Shown in pieces: positions 17,257-27,545 of a stretch of DNA of 64,000 nt. How positions within the stretch are numbered: the first letter of the stretch is position 1; every line of letters starts with the position of its first letter. Source of the stretch: a virus; IMG/VR virus record IMGVR_UViG_2775507163_000001, positions 2,155 through 66,154 of that record, one strand, 5' to 3'. The notes below the pieces were generated by a model. It did not search any database, was not told where the DNA came from, and worked only from the letters and a program-made list of their open reading frames with translations. Made by a program: the position numbers and the translations under genes.

Positions 17257-18239
17257 CGAAAGAATTGCTCGGCGGGCTGGAATTAAACCGGATATATCAA
17301 CGTGATTGTTTAAGCGACGGAGGCATGGCGCTGATTCCCGACAAGTCAGTCGATTTAATCGTAATCGATCCTCCGTATAATATCGGCAAGGATAAACGAT
17401 GGGATAAGTGGCAGACGATTGAAGGCTATGTTCAGTGGATGTCGGACGTATTTAAGGAGTGCGAACGTGTTTTAAAGGACAGTGGTTCCTTTTACTGGTT
17501 TCATAACGATATGACGCAAATTTGGCGATTAATGCAGTCGATAGAGATTGAGACTAATTTCGTATATAAGCAGTTTATCGTATGGAATAAGCGTTTTGAC
17601 TCAGCCTCCAATAAAGGATTCCTTGATGGGTTCGTCGAGGTCGGAGGCTTACGTAATTATCAGCAGATGGCGGAATATTGCTTGTTCTACACTTTGCAAG
17701 ACGAATACGGATCTAATAAAAGCGGTTTTGGGTTTACGGACCTTCGTAAATATTTCAAGGAATTACACTCGTCTATCGGATTGAGTAAAAAGACTATTAT
17801 TGAGACTGTCGGACAGCGTGCTGACCACTGTTTCCGGTATAACAGTTCGCAGTGGGATTTGCCCACGAAAGAAACTTACGACGCGATTTCTGAACTTCCT
17901 AGAGCAGTAGAATTCGAGTTTATCAGCTACGATGATTTGCGGAGTTTGTATGAAGCATCTAAGTATACGTATAACAACCTAAAAACGCATCACAGTGTAT
18001 GGAATTATGAAATCGCTCAGAAACAAGGACACGTAACTCCTAAACCGTTAGAAACTATCGAAGCAATCATTCGCCACTCTTCAAACGAAGGTAATATCGT
18101 CCTCGACTGTTTCATGGGAAGCGGGACAACAGCTGTCGCATCCGTAAGAACGGGACGAAAATTCATCGGATTCGAGCGAGAGTCTGAGTATATAGAAATC
18201 GCAAATAAACGCTTAGATAACGAGGAGGAATCTATTTGA
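17253..18239 (+). CDS. DNA methyltransferase, N4-C/N6-A beta class (second copy)
   Basis: IVIDPPY, HVTPKP, VLDCFMGSGTT, FIGFERE. Confidence 0.9.
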   Translation: MTKELLGGLELNRIYQRDCLSDGGMALIPDKSVDLIVIDPPYNIGKDKRWDKWQTIEGYVQWMSDVFKECERVLKDSGSFYWFHNDMTQIWRLMQSIEIETNFVYKQFIVWNKRFDSASNKGFLDGFVEVGGLRNYQQMAEYCLFYTLQDEYGSNKSGFGFTDLRKYFKELHSSIGLSKKTIIETVGQRADHCFRYNSSQWDLPTKETYDAISELPRAVEFEFISYDDLRSLYEASKYTYNNLKTHHSVWNYEIAQKQGHVTPKPLETIEAIIRHSSNEGNIVLDCFMGSGTTAVASVRTGRKFIGFERESEYIEIANKRLDNEEESI

Positions 18240-19207
18240 CGAATATAAACGAAATCGCACGCCATTTCACGCAGGAACTTGATCGATGGTATTCGCAGCC
18301 TGAGCAGTTTGATAACGAGCTCGACCGTCAGATTCACGTATGGTACTCGAACCCACCGACAGTATGGCCGAAACGACCGTATTTCAGTCCGTCTAGTTCG
18401 AAAGCCTGCCCGCGAGAGCTCTATCTTAAGGCAAAGCGCGCTAAGAAAGACGTTAATCCTCAACCTCCGTACCAAGGCAGGTGGAAAGAAATCGGAACAG
18501 CTATCGGAGACGTGATTCAACGGACGGTACTCGCAATGGAGCGAAACCTGCCCGGCTGTCCTTTCCGATTCGAACGCAACGATGATGGCACGCCAGTATT
18601 CGAAGATTTTGCGAAAAAGAATCACGAGATTTACCATAACGGACAGCGCTTTTACCTGTACGGCACCTGTGACGGCATCATGCAGTATGTGAACGAAGAG
18701 ACGGGCGAAATCATTCGTGTCGGCCTCGAAATCAAGTCGAAGCAAAGCACGCCAGCCAAAACGTCGCTCTATTCCTTCAAGGAAGCGGAGGAAGGCCACC
18801 GAAAGCAATGCGTTGCCTACTCGATCATGTATAACGTCGATTACTACATCATCCTTTACGTGAACGCGGCTAAAAAGGCGTGGGTGATGAGCGACGAGGA
18901 TTACGAAGCGACTCCGGACATTCGAGCGTTTGGCTTCGAGATTACGGATGCCGACCGTCAGGAATTGCTAGATAGCTTCGCCGAGATAGCGAAGTGTATT
19001 GCTAACGACACACCTCCGGCGCTTGACTTGTCTCGTTGGACCTTTAACGGATTCAAGACGGCATGTGCGCAGAGCTTGACTGACGATGAATTTTCGATAT
19101 TAAAGGCGCAAGTCAAACGCATGCAACGCTCAGGGCTTCCGCAATGGAAAAAGGATCAGTTCGTCGATGCGTTTATGTTTATCGAAGAGGCGCGTCAAAA
19201 TGAGTAA
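18236..19207 (+). CDS. PD-(D/E)XK exonuclease (RecB/Cas4-like fold)
   Basis: FSPSS..CPRELY, GTCDG, GLEIKS, QCVAYS motifs. Confidence 0.7.
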   Translation: MTNINEIARHFTQELDRWYSQPEQFDNELDRQIHVWYSNPPTVWPKRPYFSPSSSKACPRELYLKAKRAKKDVNPQPPYQGRWKEIGTAIGDVIQRTVLAMERNLPGCPFRFERNDDGTPVFEDFAKKNHEIYHNGQRFYLYGTCDGIMQYVNEETGEIIRVGLEIKSKQSTPAKTSLYSFKEAEEGHRKQCVAYSIMYNVDYYIILYVNAAKKAWVMSDEDYEATPDIRAFGFEITDADRQELLDSFAEIAKCIANDTPPALDLSRWTFNGFKTACAQSLTDDEFSILKAQVKRMQRSGLPQWKKDQFVDAFMFIEEARQNE

Positions 19208-19712
19208 GACGAAACCTTTCCGCGTTCTTGGACTCGATTTAAGCTTGACGAGTCCAGGATTCGCAATCGTTGAAGTTAAAAACGGAAATCCTCGCCTCAT
19301 CAAGACGGCAAACTTTACGACAGACTCGAGCACGGCGCAGGCACTCCGCTACGAGGAAATCGAGGCATTTACGCTATTATTCATTCGCGAAAATAAGCCA
19401 TTTGACGTGATAGCACGCGAAATATGGCCGCCAAGCCGTAACTATGCGCAGAACAATAAGATACACGGATGTTGGGCGGCTGTCGAGCGGGCGCTCTCAC
19501 GATATGGATACGAAGTCGGCGAACATTTGACGCCAAGTAACGTCAAGAAAACGGTGACGGGGAATGGCTCAGCGAAAAAACCAGAGGTCGCCGAACATGT
19601 CCGTAAGATACTTGGGCTTGGCGAAGATTACAAGTTCGATAGCGATGACCATTCGGATGCAGCGGCTATCGCGCTCGCCTACCTGATTCGCGAAGGACTG
19701 ATTAAGAAATGA
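19200..19712 (+). CDS. RuvC-like Holliday junction resolvase
   Basis: VLGLDLSLTSPG, AKKPEV, DDHSDAAAIAL. Confidence 0.85.
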   Translation: MSKTKPFRVLGLDLSLTSPGFAIVEVKNGNPRLIKTANFTTDSSTAQALRYEEIEAFTLLFIRENKPFDVIAREIWPPSRNYAQNNKIHGCWAAVERALSRYGYEVGEHLTPSNVKKTVTGNGSAKKPEVAEHVRKILGLGEDYKFDSDDHSDAAAIALAYLIREGLIKK

Positions 19713-19900
19713 CCACGGAAGAACAACTCGAAAAATTGCACGTTGATATGGAACGCCAGCTCCGCGAGATTGAATTCGAATTAAAACATCTCGCGGACAA
19801 ATACGGCGACAAGATGATAGAGTGGCGCAAGATTAAAGGCGGAATTATCGGAATAGAAGCAGAATTAGAACGCATAAAAGGGAGCGGATTGAATGACTAA
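19709..19900 (+). CDS. small coiled-coil protein
   Basis: 63 aa, overlaps both neighbours. Confidence 0.65.
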   Translation: MTTEEQLEKLHVDMERQLREIEFELKHLADKYGDKMIEWRKIKGGIIGIEAELERIKGSGLND

Positions 19901-21168
19901 GACAACACAACTATTAACGAATGAATTTATCGGAAAATACCCGGAGTTTCCTGCGCATATGAACGCGCTTGGCAAGTTTGTATACTTCCGGACTTACTCA
20001 AGGTTCTTGCCGGAAAAAGGGCGTCGTGAAAACTGGAAGGAAACGGTTAGGCGTGCGGTTGAGTATAACGTTGAATTATCCGTTAAACATAACGAAAAAA
20101 TCGGCTATCCTGTTGACTTGGAGAAACATCGCAAAGAAGCGGAAGACTTATTCGACAGCATGTTTAATCTGCGCCAATTCTTATCAGGCAGAACAATGTG
20201 GATTGGCGGTGCGGATGGCGGAGTTGCTGAAAAGTATCCATTGGCAAATTTCAACTGTAGCTTCGTCAATATCCGGAGTTGGAGCGATTTAGGTGACTTA
20301 TTCTACTTACTGCTTGTCGGCACAGGCGTGGGGTTCAAATGTACGAAAGAATTCGCGAATAATCTAGCCCCAATTCGCACGAACACAACGCTAATTAATG
20401 CTCCATATGAGCCGGTATCGAAAGACCTCCGACTTGAGCATACGAAGATTACAAAACTTGATAATGGGTACGCGAAGATTTACGTCGGCGACAGCAAGGA
20501 AGGCTGGGTTGAGGCATTGCGATTCTACTTCGACGTGCTGACTAAACCGGAGTACGAAGACGTCCACACAGTAAAAGTTTCGTATAATTCCGTCAGACCA
20601 CTTGGAGAAAGACTGAAGACATTCGGAGGAACAGCGTCTGGACATGAACCGTTGGCGGAAATGTTCGAAGGAGTCGACCGCGTGCTGAAGAATAAAATTG
20701 ATCCGAACTTGGCGCCACTAGAAGACGCAGTTAATGGTTATAAACACGTCCGACCGATTCACATTCTCGATATCGGAAATCTAATCGGAAATAACGTTGT
20801 TGTCGGAGGAGTAAGAAGAACGGCCGAAATTTTCCTTATGGACGCAGATGATTATGAATCTATTTTCGCTAAGTACGGAATTAACGGTCTTTGGGACGAA
20901 GCGAAGCATAAAGCGGTAATTGATAACGTTAAGGCAGTCGGCAAGGACGAAGTGGCGCAATGGCTCGAAAATATGACGCTATTTGACGCAAATGTACGTC
21001 CGCTGCATCACCGTAGAATGTCCAATAACTCTGTGGCATTTACGGAAAAGCCGTCTCGCGAACTATTAAACTTGATATTTACGATGATGCAAGCGGAAGG
21101 CGAGCCGGGGTTCATAAATCTCGAGGAAGCGAATCGACGCCGACCTAACGCAGAAGGATTGAATCCGT
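19893..21168 (+). CDS. nrdJ: class II (B12-dependent) ribonucleotide reductase, exon 1
   Basis: RTYSR, FNCSF, GGVRRTAEI, SNNS; ends EGLNP plus the T of the Cys codon. Confidence 0.9.
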
Positions 21169-22075
21169 TAACCGCATAGCGGATGTAAAACCTCTCTAAT
21201 TGCTGGGAACTCTGACCGCGTAATGGCGAAGACAATCAGCAGCGAAGCCCGAAAGGGAACGTTCAACGACTAGGCGAAAGCCGTAGGGTCCAAGAGGATT
21301 CGAAACGGGAGGCAGTCGGTCATAGATTACGTCACAAACACTGTAGGAGTGATTTGTATGAGGGAGTTCTTTAAAGAGCGAAACCTTTCTGACGGATTTA
21401 TGGAGAATTTTACTGGTTTTATGTTAGGAGATGGGTACTTATCCAATCAAAATAAAAGCAAACATTCTGCGCAACTATGTATGAGAAACAAATTTCCGAA
21501 TTATATCTACTACGTCTCGAAGTTGTTAACTGCTGAGGATGTAGAGCATATCGTGAAGATTAATGATGTGAAGGGTAATTTCAAAGGGTCAGGGTTTTCT
21601 TCGACCGTTTATACGAAATTCTATAAGACTTTCGCCGATTTAGAAAGAAAGTGGTACGAAACAAGAGATGATGGCACTCATTTCAAGATCGTACCGGTAG
21701 ATTTAAAACTGACGCCAATCAGTCTACTACAATGGTACATCGGCGATGGATACTTAGTCAACCTTCACGGAAAACCTGAGCGAGTTCAGTTTTGTACTGA
21801 CAGATATTCGGATGAAGAAATACAGTTTTTGCGAGATTGCTTCGAGCGCGACTTTGGAATAAGCGTTCAAATTGATTGGTGCCGAAGAAGGCTACGAATA
21901 CCTAAGCGGTATCTCGGTGATTTCTTCGAAGTACTTCCGGAATGTCCACAGGATTTCAATAACGTATTAGGGTATAAGTGGGCGTAATCTAATAAATGAC
22001 CGACTGGTGATATAGTCTGAGCCTTGCGGAAACGCAAGGAGGCAGTACGGAATCGGTGCTGCCGTAACATATCTG
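21169..22075 (+). mobile_element. group I intron (907 nt) with homing endonuclease in P8
   Basis: P1 AUCCGU/GCGGAU with U.G at the splice site; P AAUUGCUGGGAA, Q AAUCAGCAG, R AACGACUAG, S GAUAUAGUC; P3 CCUCUC/GGGAGG; P8 CAGUCGGUCAU(21313)/AUGACCGACUG(21996); terminal G; splicing restores NP-C-AEILL. Confidence 0.93.
21358..21987 (+). CDS. intron-encoded LAGLIDADG homing endonuclease
   Basis: FTGFMLGDGYL and LLQWYIGDGYL double motif; AGGAG RBS; lies in the P8 loop. Confidence 0.9.
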   Translation: MREFFKERNLSDGFMENFTGFMLGDGYLSNQNKSKHSAQLCMRNKFPNYIYYVSKLLTAEDVEHIVKINDVKGNFKGSGFSSTVYTKFYKTFADLERKWYETRDDGTHFKIVPVDLKLTPISLLQWYIGDGYLVNLHGKPERVQFCTDRYSDEEIQFLRDCFERDFGISVQIDWCRRRLRIPKRYLGDFFEVLPECPQDFNNVLGYKWA

Positions 22076-23046
22076 GTGCAGAAATATTATTAGACTCATA
22101 TGGCGTATGTAATCTGACAACTGTAAATATGGTCCAGTTTGTCCGTGAAGTGGGCGGTAAGTACGAACTTGACATCGTAGGATTACTTGATGCTCAGCGA
22201 CGTTCAGCTCGTGCCGGCTTACGTATGACATTGGCGACTTTGGAATTGCCGCATTGGGATGCCGTTCAGCAGCGCGATCGTCTGCTCGGAACATCATTAA
22301 CAGGCGAAAAAGACGCGTTAGCTATGCTCGGATATAACGAAGAGGACGAATCTAATTTGCTGAAACTTCTCGGTCAAATTGCACGGGATGAAGCGGACGA
22401 ATATGCGAAAGAACTTCGGGTGAGTTCTCCGTTATTAGTAACGACAGTTAAGCCGGAAGGAACCATTTCGCAAGTAGCTGGCGGGGTATCGAGCGGACTC
22501 CATTGGTCGCATTCACCGTACTATATCCGCAGAATCCGTATTAACGCTGCTGATCCACTAGCAAAAGCGGTTCAGAGTATTGGATGGCCTGTTAATCCGG
22601 AAGTAGGCACTCCAGGCGAAACGCATGCAGAACGATTATCAAATGCAAGAACACTTGTTATTGACTTCCCTGTTGCTAGCGGAGCGTCAAAGACGAAGGA
22701 CGACGTATCTGCAGCCGAGCAATTTGAAACGTACTTCTCGTTCCAGCGCAATTATACCGAGCATAACTCGTCTAATACTATTCACGTTAGACCTGACGAG
22801 TGGACTACTGCGGAGGAAATCGTTTGGAATGGTTGGGACGAATTTACGGCGGTAAGTTTCCTTGCTTACGATGGCGGAACGTATCAACTCGCTCCTTACG
22901 AAGCCATTACAAAAGAGCAGTATGAGGTTCTGGCATCTAAGTTGACAGAGTTTGATCCGGAAATTTTACAACAATACGAAAGCGGAGCCGAGAGTGATTT
23001 AGACGGTATGGATGGCTGCGATGCGGGAATTTGCCCCGTTCGTTGA
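22076..23046 (+). CDS. nrdJ: class II ribonucleotide reductase, exon 2 (spliced product 748 aa)
   Basis: AEILL..GVCNL, TTVKPEGTIS, C-terminal CDAGICPVR. Confidence 0.9.
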
Positions 23047-23066
23047 TAAAATAATTTCGCAATAAC

Positions 23067-23095
23067 TGCGCGACATTCAAATCTCGCGCGACATA
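23067..23095 (+). promoter_or_regulatory. phage-sigma promoter consensus copy before phoH
   Basis: TGCGCGA-N13-CGCGACATA. Confidence 0.65.
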
Positions 23096-23157
23096 GTAAA
23101 TAGAAGGGCGGTAGCCAATCGGTTATCGCCCTTAATAAAACCCGGAGGTGTTGAAGC

Positions 23158-23811
23158 TTGCCATTACCGAAGAATAACTTACTTTTCGGATTTGAACCGA
23201 AGCTAACCGATGAACAACGTGAGTACGTCGATTCTATTTTCGATAACCAGTTAACGATCGTCAACGCAAAGAGTGGAACGGGAAAAACGACGCTGGCAGT
23301 AGCTTGCGCCAAGATTATCGGAAAGCCGCTAATTTACGTATTCTCACCTGTGCAAGAAAAGGCGATGGGCTTCCGTCCAGGAACGCAGCAAGCGAAAGAG
23401 AAGGAGTACCTGCAGCCGTTAATCGATGCGCTCCTAAAGATTAACGAAGTACCAGCGCGAGTCCTTTTTGACGAGGAGAATGTCGACGCATTAAAGGCGG
23501 GCCATATTTGGGTCTATCCGAAGTCTCACATCTTTGCACGCGGAACGAATATCGAAGATTGTACGGTGATAATCGATGAGTGCCAGAACTATACTCGCAA
23601 CGAACTAAAGAAACTGCTAACGCGAATACACGACAATTGCACGGTAATAATGATCGGGCATGACGGCCAGGTCGACCTCGATAAACCGGAGAAAAGCGGA
23701 TTTGCTCCTTACATCGAACATTTTCGCGATGAGCCTTACGCAAAAGTCTTAGAGCTTCACGTTAACTTCAGAGGAAAATTAGCGCGCCATGCGGACGAAT
23801 TGAAATGGTAA
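23158..23811 (+). CDS. phoH: PhoH-family ATPase
   Basis: AKSGTGKT, MGFRPG, ARGTN, IIDECQN, LLTRI, GHDGQVD. Confidence 0.9.
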   Translation: MPLPKNNLLFGFEPKLTDEQREYVDSIFDNQLTIVNAKSGTGKTTLAVACAKIIGKPLIYVFSPVQEKAMGFRPGTQQAKEKEYLQPLIDALLKINEVPARVLFDEENVDALKAGHIWVYPKSHIFARGTNIEDCTVIIDECQNYTRNELKKLLTRIHDNCTVIMIGHDGQVDLDKPEKSGFAPYIEHFRDEPYAKVLELHVNFRGKLARHADELKW

Positions 23812-23915
23812 TCATCGTAAGTATTTTAGTCGGCAGCATGTTCGGTTTCATGGGAGCGTCACTTTTCGCAGTAAACGCTTATAACAAAGGATACGAAGAC
23901 GGAAGGGGTGAGTAA
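23805..23915 (+). CDS. 36 aa membrane micro-protein
   Basis: MVIIVSILVGSMFGFMGASLFAVNAYNKGYEDGRGE, overlaps the phoH stop. Confidence 0.5.
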   Translation: MVIIVSILVGSMFGFMGASLFAVNAYNKGYEDGRGE

Positions 23916-24033
23916 CGATGGAAAATCAAACGCACTTAAACGCAGTCGGCGAAATAACCGAAATGATTTACAAATCTACACACGGCGAAGAGGCGTAATC
24001 GAAATAAATTGCGACACAAAGGAGTTGGAAAAA

Positions 24034-24231
24034 ATGAAATATGGAATAGGCGATATTGTTCGGTTTAAGTATGGTAGAGGGCAAAAAGACGGATTACATG
24101 AAATAACTGAAGTCTATAATGACAAGGTTTATCAATATGCCGTAACAAATGATGAATGTAATAGCGAATATTACGCTAAACATGACGATTTAATTTTCGT
24201 TTGTGCTTACAAAGATAGAAAAGATATTTAG
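24034..24231 (+). CDS. hypothetical protein (SH3-like, MKYGIGDIVRF)
   Basis: AAAGGAG RBS, ATG at 24034. Confidence 0.65.
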   Translation: MKYGIGDIVRFKYGRGQKDGLHEITEVYNDKVYQYAVTNDECNSEYYAKHDDLIFVCAYKDRKDI

Positions 24232-24275
24232 TGCACACTACGAGGAAAAGGCGAAACAAAAGGAGGTAAATAACG

Positions 24276-24455
24276 ATGGGTCAGGGTCAGCCGTTTAATT
24301 ACGAAAATATCCTTTATAACGAAGTTATCGACTATTTAGAAACGAAGTGGCAACGCAAACTAACGGATCATGAGAAACACGTAGTCATCGAAGGTTATCG
24401 CTTCGGCAGAATGATTGAGTCCGAAAATGAGATACGTATACTGGAGGCGTTCTAA
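24276..24455 (+). CDS. hypothetical protein (59 aa)
   Basis: AAAGGAGG RBS; TAATG coupling to the next gene. Confidence 0.65.
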   Translation: MGQGQPFNYENILYNEVIDYLETKWQRKLTDHEKHVVIEGYRFGRMIESENEIRILEAF

Positions 24456-24643
24456 TGCCGTTTTATTATTTCAAGTGTACGAAGTGTGACGAAGTTAAAA
24501 ACGAACTTGTAGCGATGAATACGGAGTCAACCACCTGCGCCACCTGCGGAGCACTCACTACCAAGCAGCCGAGTTTTCGGTTCAGCGCGCACGGATTGCC
24601 TAACGGCTTCGCAAATACTCGGAGTCAATCACGAAAGGAGTGA
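24455..24643 (+). CDS. FmdB-like zinc ribbon protein
   Basis: MPFYYFKCTKC...TCATCG. Confidence 0.7.
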   Translation: MPFYYFKCTKCDEVKNELVAMNTESTTCATCGALTTKQPSFRFSAHGLPNGFANTRSQSRKE

Positions 24644-24648
24644 CGTAA

Positions 24649-24789
24649 ATGTTATATGACGCAATACCCGCGCTAATTGGCGCAAAAGTCGTAGAGGCGG
24701 ATGACAACACGCTCGTATTCGATAATGGTATTCGAATTGAGTGCGAAGATTTATATAACTACATCAACGTCTTACATTATAAGGAGTGA
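24649..24789 (+). CDS. hypothetical protein (46 aa)
   Basis: AAAGGAG RBS; MLYDAIPALIGAKVVEADD... Confidence 0.55.
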   Translation: MLYDAIPALIGAKVVEADDNTLVFDNGIRIECEDLYNYINVLHYKE

Positions 24790-24794
24790 TTTGG

Positions 24795-25370
24795 ATGAAA
24801 AAAGCGGCCCTAGTCGCATCTGTCGCCCTAGCCAGCGGCATCTACGTCGGCACGGTATTAAACGCAAGCCATGCCGAAGTGGTCACGCCCGTCGAGGCGC
24901 CACACTATGTCGACAAGCAAGCGGTCATCAATGCGCTGTCAACGAAGGCTCAGCTCGTCGGTCTCACCGGCAAGGTTGCGAAAACGATCGAGTATCACGC
25001 GGACAAATGGTACGGAGACAAAACGTATAAGCTGGCGGCAACCGGCACGTTCAAACTTGGCGTATCAACGTCGGACATCATCGTAACCACCAGCGGCAAC
25101 ACGGTCACGGTCAAGTTTCCGCAACCTAAGATTATCAGCGTCGACATTCCGTTCGACAAGGCGGAGCTCAGTAAGGACGTCGGCATGTTCCGCAGTGACA
25201 TCAGCGAAGGCGAGCTCCAGGCGATGTTCGGCAAAGCACGTACTGGGGCGGTCGAGGACATCAAGCGCAATAGGCAAGCGTTTGACAAGGCGGAGGCGTC
25301 AGTGGAGCGGACGATTGAGGCGTTGGTGGGTCAGGTTGATGGCGTGAAGAATGTGGAGTTTACGCAATGA
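24795..25370 (+). CDS. DUF4230-like membrane-anchored protein
   Basis: N-terminal hydrophobic signal, VTVKFPQPKIISVDI, AFDKAE; locally GC-rich. Confidence 0.65.
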   Translation: MKKAALVASVALASGIYVGTVLNASHAEVVTPVEAPHYVDKQAVINALSTKAQLVGLTGKVAKTIEYHADKWYGDKTYKLAATGTFKLGVSTSDIIVTTSGNTVTVKFPQPKIISVDIPFDKAELSKDVGMFRSDISEGELQAMFGKARTGAVEDIKRNRQAFDKAEASVERTIEALVGQVDGVKNVEFTQ

Positions 25371-25474
25371 GTTACGTGATGCTCAAAGCGGCCCGCCGCC
25401 TGATGTGCGACAAGTTTTCGGTGTTGTGCAATCTGGCGGAGCTCAACGCGAAACAATTAAGGGAGGAAGATACG

Positions 25475-25672
25475 ATGAACGAAGATAAAACGTGCTGGTC
25501 TTGCGGTCATTACTTAATTGGCGGAGGTTGTTGGAAAGACGGAGACTTTGGCGAAGATGGTTGGCGCAACGTTGGTCCTAATGATTCTTGCGAAGGTTGG
25601 GTCGAGGAAACTACGCCCGGAACTATAAACGGAGAAATGTACGAAATGAACTCTAAGGAGGAAACGGAATGA
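25475..25672 (+). CDS. Cys-containing hypothetical protein
   Basis: GGGAGG RBS; CWSCGH...SCEGW. Confidence 0.6.
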   Translation: MNEDKTCWSCGHYLIGGGCWKDGDFGEDGWRNVGPNDSCEGWVEETTPGTINGEMYEMNSKEETE

Positions 25673-26196
25673 ATCTAAACGTTAGAATTAAACGCTTGAA
25701 TGAGGACGCAGTTATTCCGAAATATGCTCGCGAAGGAGATGCGGGTTTTGATCTTATCGCTAGTCAGGACGTCATAATTGAGCCGGGAGTTACTACGTTA
25801 GTACCTACGGGCTTGGCGTTCGAGATACCGCCAGGTTACGAAATGCAGATTCGCCCACGTAGCGGAGTTACGCTAAAGACTAAACTTCGCGTGCAATTAG
25901 GGACGATTGATTCAGGGTATCGCGGAGAGGTTAGCGTCATTGTCGATAATATTGCCGAAATTAATGCCGATTTCGACCCTTGTATTTTACTAATTGACGA
26001 CTCGGTAATCCGTTTTGATGACGGAAGCCAATCTAATACTTACATCATCCGCAAAGGCGACCGAATCGCTCAGGCGGTAATCGCACCGTTCGAAACGGCA
26101 CACTTCGTTGATTCCGATAAGTTAGAAGAATCGATTAGAAGCACACAAGGTTTTGGCAGCTCAGGCGTTAGGGATGAAGGCGATATTATTGACTAA
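25669..26196 (+). CDS. dut: trimeric dUTPase
   Basis: DAGFDL, QIRPRSG, GTIDSGYRGE, GDRIAQ, RSTQGFGSSG. Confidence 0.95.
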   Translation: MNLNVRIKRLNEDAVIPKYAREGDAGFDLIASQDVIIEPGVTTLVPTGLAFEIPPGYEMQIRPRSGVTLKTKLRVQLGTIDSGYRGEVSVIVDNIAEINADFDPCILLIDDSVIRFDDGSQSNTYIIRKGDRIAQAVIAPFETAHFVDSDKLEESIRSTQGFGSSGVRDEGDIID

Positions 26197-26830
26197 AGTA
26201 GATCATACAGGCAGACAGTTTGGTAGGCTTACTGCGATTAGAAAGGTCATTATCAATAATCGCGGACATTATGTTTGTAGATGTGAATGCGGTAATGAGC
26301 GAATTATCAGAGGAGACTCTCTCGTAGGAGGAAAATCCAAGAGTTGCGGATGCCTTTCTCCAGATGTTAATCAGGAAGTCCACAAAACTCATGGAGACTC
26401 AGCCACAAGGCTATATAATATATACCACAAAATGATATCACGTTGTTATCACAAAGAGAATGACAGATTTCATAGATATGGACAAAGAGGAATATCTATA
26501 TGTAACGAATGGCTCAATGATTATGAGTCGTTTAAAGAATGGTCATTAAGTAACGGCTACACTGACGATTTGTCCATAGATCGTATAAATAACGACGGTA
26601 ACTACGAGCCAAGTAACTGCCGCTGGACGACGGTAATAGTGCAGTCAAACAATACGTCAAGAACTAGGAAAATAGAATTCAACGGAGAAATTAAATCAAT
26701 ATCAGAGTGGTGCAGAGAACTTAACTACTCTTATGGGACAACGAGAAAATTACTGAAACAAGGGCATAAAACACCTGATGAAATATTCACGAGACCTCGA
26801 TTAGGAAAAGGATATACCGGAACAAGATAA
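26189..26830 (+). CDS. free-standing HNH homing endonuclease
   Basis: TGRQFGRLT...CRCECG...KSCGC N-terminus, SIDRINNDGNYEPSNCRW; start at TTG 26189 or ATG 26174. Confidence 0.85.
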   Translation: MTKVDHTGRQFGRLTAIRKVIINNRGHYVCRCECGNERIIRGDSLVGGKSKSCGCLSPDVNQEVHKTHGDSATRLYNIYHKMISRCYHKENDRFHRYGQRGISICNEWLNDYESFKEWSLSNGYTDDLSIDRINNDGNYEPSNCRWTTVIVQSNNTSRTRKIEFNGEIKSISEWCRELNYSYGTTRKLLKQGHKTPDEIFTRPRLGKGYTGTR

Positions 26831-26845
26831 CTAGGAGGGAGTAAA

Positions 26846-27532
26846 ATGAACGAAATGATTAGCGTATTAGACAAAGGTTATGTGCGATTAACGAACGTAA
26901 TGGGGTCCGACTTATCCGTCGTAAACTCAGCGCGAGTCAGTTACGACAAGGAATCTACGGAACTATCAGAAAAGGATGCGCGATTAATTCGCTTTCTAGC
27001 ACGCGAAGGCCATACTAGCCCATTCCGCCATGCAACGGTTCAATTCGAAATGTACGCTCCGTTAATGGTAGCTCGCCAGCATTGGAAATACGTTGTCGGC
27101 AGCGATCATACTATGGATGCTTGGAACGAGTCAAGTCGGAGGTACATCACGGAAGAGCCTGCGTTTTATATTCCGCAATCAAATGAGTGGCGCCAAGCAC
27201 CGGAAAACTCGAAGCAAGGTAGTGGAGACATAGTTGGCGGATATTTAGGAAAGGTAGCGACAGAGGCTTTAACGGAGTATATAGAGCGCGGTGAGCGACT
27301 TTATAGCGAAGCCATTGAATCCGGAATCTGTGCAGAGCAAGCGCGCCTATTCCTTCCGGCTTACGGAATGTATGTCCGCTATTACTGGACGGCAAGCCTT
27401 CAGTCGGTCGCCCACTTCTTACAACAACGTCTGGCACACGATAGCCAAGTCGAAATTCAGGAGTATGCAAAGGCGGTCAAAGCGCTAGCCGAACCGCACT
27501 TCCCTGTCAGCATCGCAGAATTAACGAAATAA
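26846..27532 (+). CDS. thyX: flavin-dependent thymidylate synthase
   Basis: NSARVSY, GHTSPFRH, ARQHWKY, NESSRRY, EQARLFLP, SQVEIQEYA. Confidence 0.95.
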   Translation: MNEMISVLDKGYVRLTNVMGSDLSVVNSARVSYDKESTELSEKDARLIRFLAREGHTSPFRHATVQFEMYAPLMVARQHWKYVVGSDHTMDAWNESSRRYITEEPAFYIPQSNEWRQAPENSKQGSGDIVGGYLGKVATEALTEYIERGERLYSEAIESGICAEQARLFLPAYGMYVRYYWTASLQSVAHFLQQRLAHDSQVEIQEYAKAVKALAEPHFPVSIAELTK

Positions 27533-27545
27533 GGAGCGGATACCT

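Noticed and set aside
19893-23046. nrdJ as a broken pseudogene
   Set aside because: Precise group I intron boundaries restore an intact in-frame gene
25389-25441. CCGCCTGATGTG resembling the hammerhead core
   Set aside because: A9 is replaced, and no GAAA or stem III/NUH arrangement exists; only an imperfect hairpin
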